Part shown: one piece after another, positions 61,045 through 64,000 of the stretch
Position numbering within the stretch: position 1 is the first letter of the stretch
Layout: each line of letters starts with the position of its first letter
Assembly (NCBI RefSeq): GCF_009914755.1
Contig: NC_060941.1
Direction: 5' to 3' (one strand)
From: the human T2T-CHM13v2.0 reference genome, Homo sapiens
Length of the DNA stretch: 64,000 nt
Notes under the pieces: model-generated
Databases searched by the model: none
What the model was told of the DNA's origin: nothing
Seen by the model: only the letters and a program-made list of their open reading frames with translations
Made by a program: the position numbers and the translations under genes

Positions 61045-64000
61045 GAAAATTTGTTTATACTAATCATGCCCAGAAAGAAGCATGAAAGATGTATAATCCA
61101 GCTGGAACTGAGAAGGTATATAGTAGATTTTATAGTAATGATTTCAAGAGACAATCCATTAAATTGATTTAAATAGTACTTGATGGATAATACTTGATAA
61201 TAACATTAGCTCTCTTTATGTTAATTTTTAGCACTTTGAAAAAATGTGCATATTTAAAATCTAGACATACCTTAATTCTTGTGAACATTCAGAACAGACA
61301 TTAATTGGCTTTTAATCTCTGTTATGCATTGATGACAAAGCATTAGAGTGGGAACTTGGAAATTACTGGTCAAAGGTGATGAGGAACAAGTGGCTCTTTT
61401 CTTCCTTTCATTCAGTTCATGTGGGTTCTCTTTAAAACCCGTGCTCTACACAATCAGACCACAGTATTCCCTATTTCCCACATGGCAGGATGGGTGAAGA
61501 TTGGAACTTCTATAGTCCTCCATATTATTCCCTCTTCCACATTATTAAACTTTTTTCAATTAGGCTTCAAGTTCCTTCAGATAGATTATAAGTGAGCCCT
61601 CTGGATTCAAAGGAAGCTCCCTCGTTACCTAGAGCCCAGGTATTCCGGCTTCTCAGGTAACCAGAAATTAATCTTTTCATCATCTCTCTATGGAGAGTGA
61701 CAAGTTTTTAGAGAGTTACAAATAAATTTAGCATCTTTTCAGCGATTCATTTTGCATTAAGAAAAACCACAGCCACTGAATAAAAAATAAAAAATCCTTG
61801 AGGACTCTACTTCATTTTATGCCTAGTGGCAAATATTACAGGATCATGCAGGCAGTTAGAAATGGTTCAGACCTAATTTAACTTTTCTGAAAAATGGCTT
61901 GTAGCCCATTGTCTACAGGATGCCAAAACATCTGATGACAGGTGAACACCTCAGCTGGCCATCTGGATAGTTAATAAATGTCAATCATCTGGGAGTGCCC
62001 AAAGAGCTGAATGGAAGACTGAATTTTCACTTTACTTCCTTTTTTCATATCTTTTCTCCATATTTTGTCCTTTTCACTACTCTTATTTCCCTTCTTATTC
62101 ATCTATAATAACAGCTATTGGGTGAGCAGAATTTTCTTCCAGAATGACATGCCTTTCTCTCTGCCAGAGTCTCATCTTCCTTCCTCCATAGGACTTAACG
62201 TTGGTTGAGGATTCAAGCAAGTAATAAATTGTTAATAGGCTTCCCCACATGTAATTGATGTTGGCATTCTTCCAGGGCTCTTCATGTGAGTTTGGGGTGT
62301 AAATGTAGTTGTCCAACAGATAAAATGTGTGCAAAGCTCTGAACACTCACTAAATTTCCCAAATTAATAACATCTTTGGTGCTTTTGATCTTTATGATAA
62401 AGAGAGAGATGAATATATATTTGGCCATCCAGTCTACCTTGAATTTGTGTTCCTTATCATCACATCTTGCTGTCTGTAAAACTTTGGCAATTTTTTCTTT
62501 TACTTTGAGTCTCCTTTCGCTCACCAGTGAAAACAAAATAACCTGTGAGAGTTGCTGTGTGGACCAAATGAGATACCAAAATCTGAAAAAGTGCCTTGGA
62601 AACTGTTGAAGGATTTACAATTGTACAATATTATTTACTATGGTAGGAAGCATAGCATCAGGAGCTGAATACAAAGCAGAGACTTAAAAGCTTAGAAAGA
62701 CCTCAATAACAAGAATCATGTCATTGTATGATTCCATGCTCCAGATATCGGCTGAAATGAAGTGATTCTTACAAACGTTTGCTAAATGAGAAAAAAACTT
62801 TAAAAATCTATGAAAAAGAAGAATATTTAAATTTTAGTACTGTTAACATTCTAATAGATTCAATCTGTTGTATAAAGTGATTGTTTTCAACCTGCTAAAA
62901 GTCAATCATTACTTATTTCTTAAGGTCTTACTATACACCAGGCCCTTGACTAGGACTACAACAAGTGTAAAGAAATCATTCAATATCAAGTGGAGAGAAT
63001 TTTTGTTTGGGGTAGTGAATTCAGCCTATGTGTTTAATTCTCTTTTGTGTTCTTCACCCTTAGCCCCTTCCAATGAGTAAATTTTGTCAACACGACAAAG
63101 AATGAAAATGTTGGAAACCTACAAAATTTTTGAAAGGAAAACTTTCCAACCCCCAAGTCACTGGATACAGATAACTTGCCTAAGGATTGTGTGTAATAGG
63201 AGACTCCAGAAGGAGGTCAGCAAAGCAACCAGTCTGAGTGACATGGGCTGGAGGTAAGGCTGGAAGTCTCCCTGCCTCCCCAGGTAGTAGTCAAGTAATA
63301 GACACTGAGCAAACAGAGATTGGGAATATTGCTTACAGGTTAAATACATAATTGCTCAACTAAAAAGAGAAATGGAGGTAGAAAGGAGTCTACTGGAAGT
63401 TGTAAATACTATGTTGAATTAGATGACCATCTAGAGAATTCTTAGAATGTCCTAGAACTCAAAGGCAAATAATGAAGAGATTCACATAATGATAAAAAAT
63501 AAAAGAGACAAAGAGGCATGAAGAATAGATCCAAGATTATATATACACATATATATGTGAGTGTATACACACACAGAGTCCTCCTCTGCTCTCTATTTTG
63601 TGAAATAACTCCACCTATAATAAATACCATACCCAGATGAGTACAGAATATTTCTATATTCTTTGAAAATATTTTTCTGTAATGTTTAAACTATTTCAGG
63701 GAACTGAAAAAAATGAATTTAATTAATGAGAACAAAACCAAAATCTTAAAAAGAGAACTCAGAAAACCACACAGACCTGTCTGAGATACAGATGCAAAAA
63801 TCCTAAATTCAAAATAAATTACTTAAAAGAATAAACTGTCAACACTATTCTACTTTTGTCTAATGAACTTGTTTGTTAGTTTAAAAAAACTTACTTGGAT
63901 TTTGATTAATATTTTATTTAAATGATAGATTGATCTTTGGACAACAAATTTATTTACCTGAAGTACTTTCTAACTTTCTCAATGCTAAAACAATATTCTC

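Noticed and set aside
63160-63262. Possible exon ending at gag|gtaagg (~63254)
   Set aside because: No convincing acceptor and no recognisable protein; cannot be supported without transcript data.

Overview
AT-rich primate (human-like) nuclear DNA made mostly of transposable elements. I recognise no host protein-coding exon or RNA gene, so it is intergenic or deep intronic. The main element is a decayed, 3'-truncated ERV9/HERV9 (LTR12-type) provirus on the + strand (~43655-51084): 5' LTR, PBS, 1.3-kb leader, gag (split by an AluY in NC), pro-pol and the first 43 codons of env. It carries two extra reading frames that the ORF track misses or truncates because each has one premature stop. One is a 118-codon pre-gag ORF (strong Kozak, MGxxxS start) inside an apparent leader intron. 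The other is a 53-codon ORF with two hydrophobic segments between pol and env, arranged like a vpu/env bicistron. The PBS resembles tRNA-Pro rather than the usual ERV9 tRNA-Arg. The rest of the window holds several solo LTRs with visible target-site duplications (LTR1-like, MER11, MLT2A, THE1, MST), an L2 retaining ORF2 back to the endonuclease start, about 13 Alus, DNA-transposon fossils, and a ~1-kb purine/pyrimidine minisatellite with 13 phased CACGTG motifs. Family names come from my recall of consensus sequences, not from a search. Boundaries of old elements are approximate.
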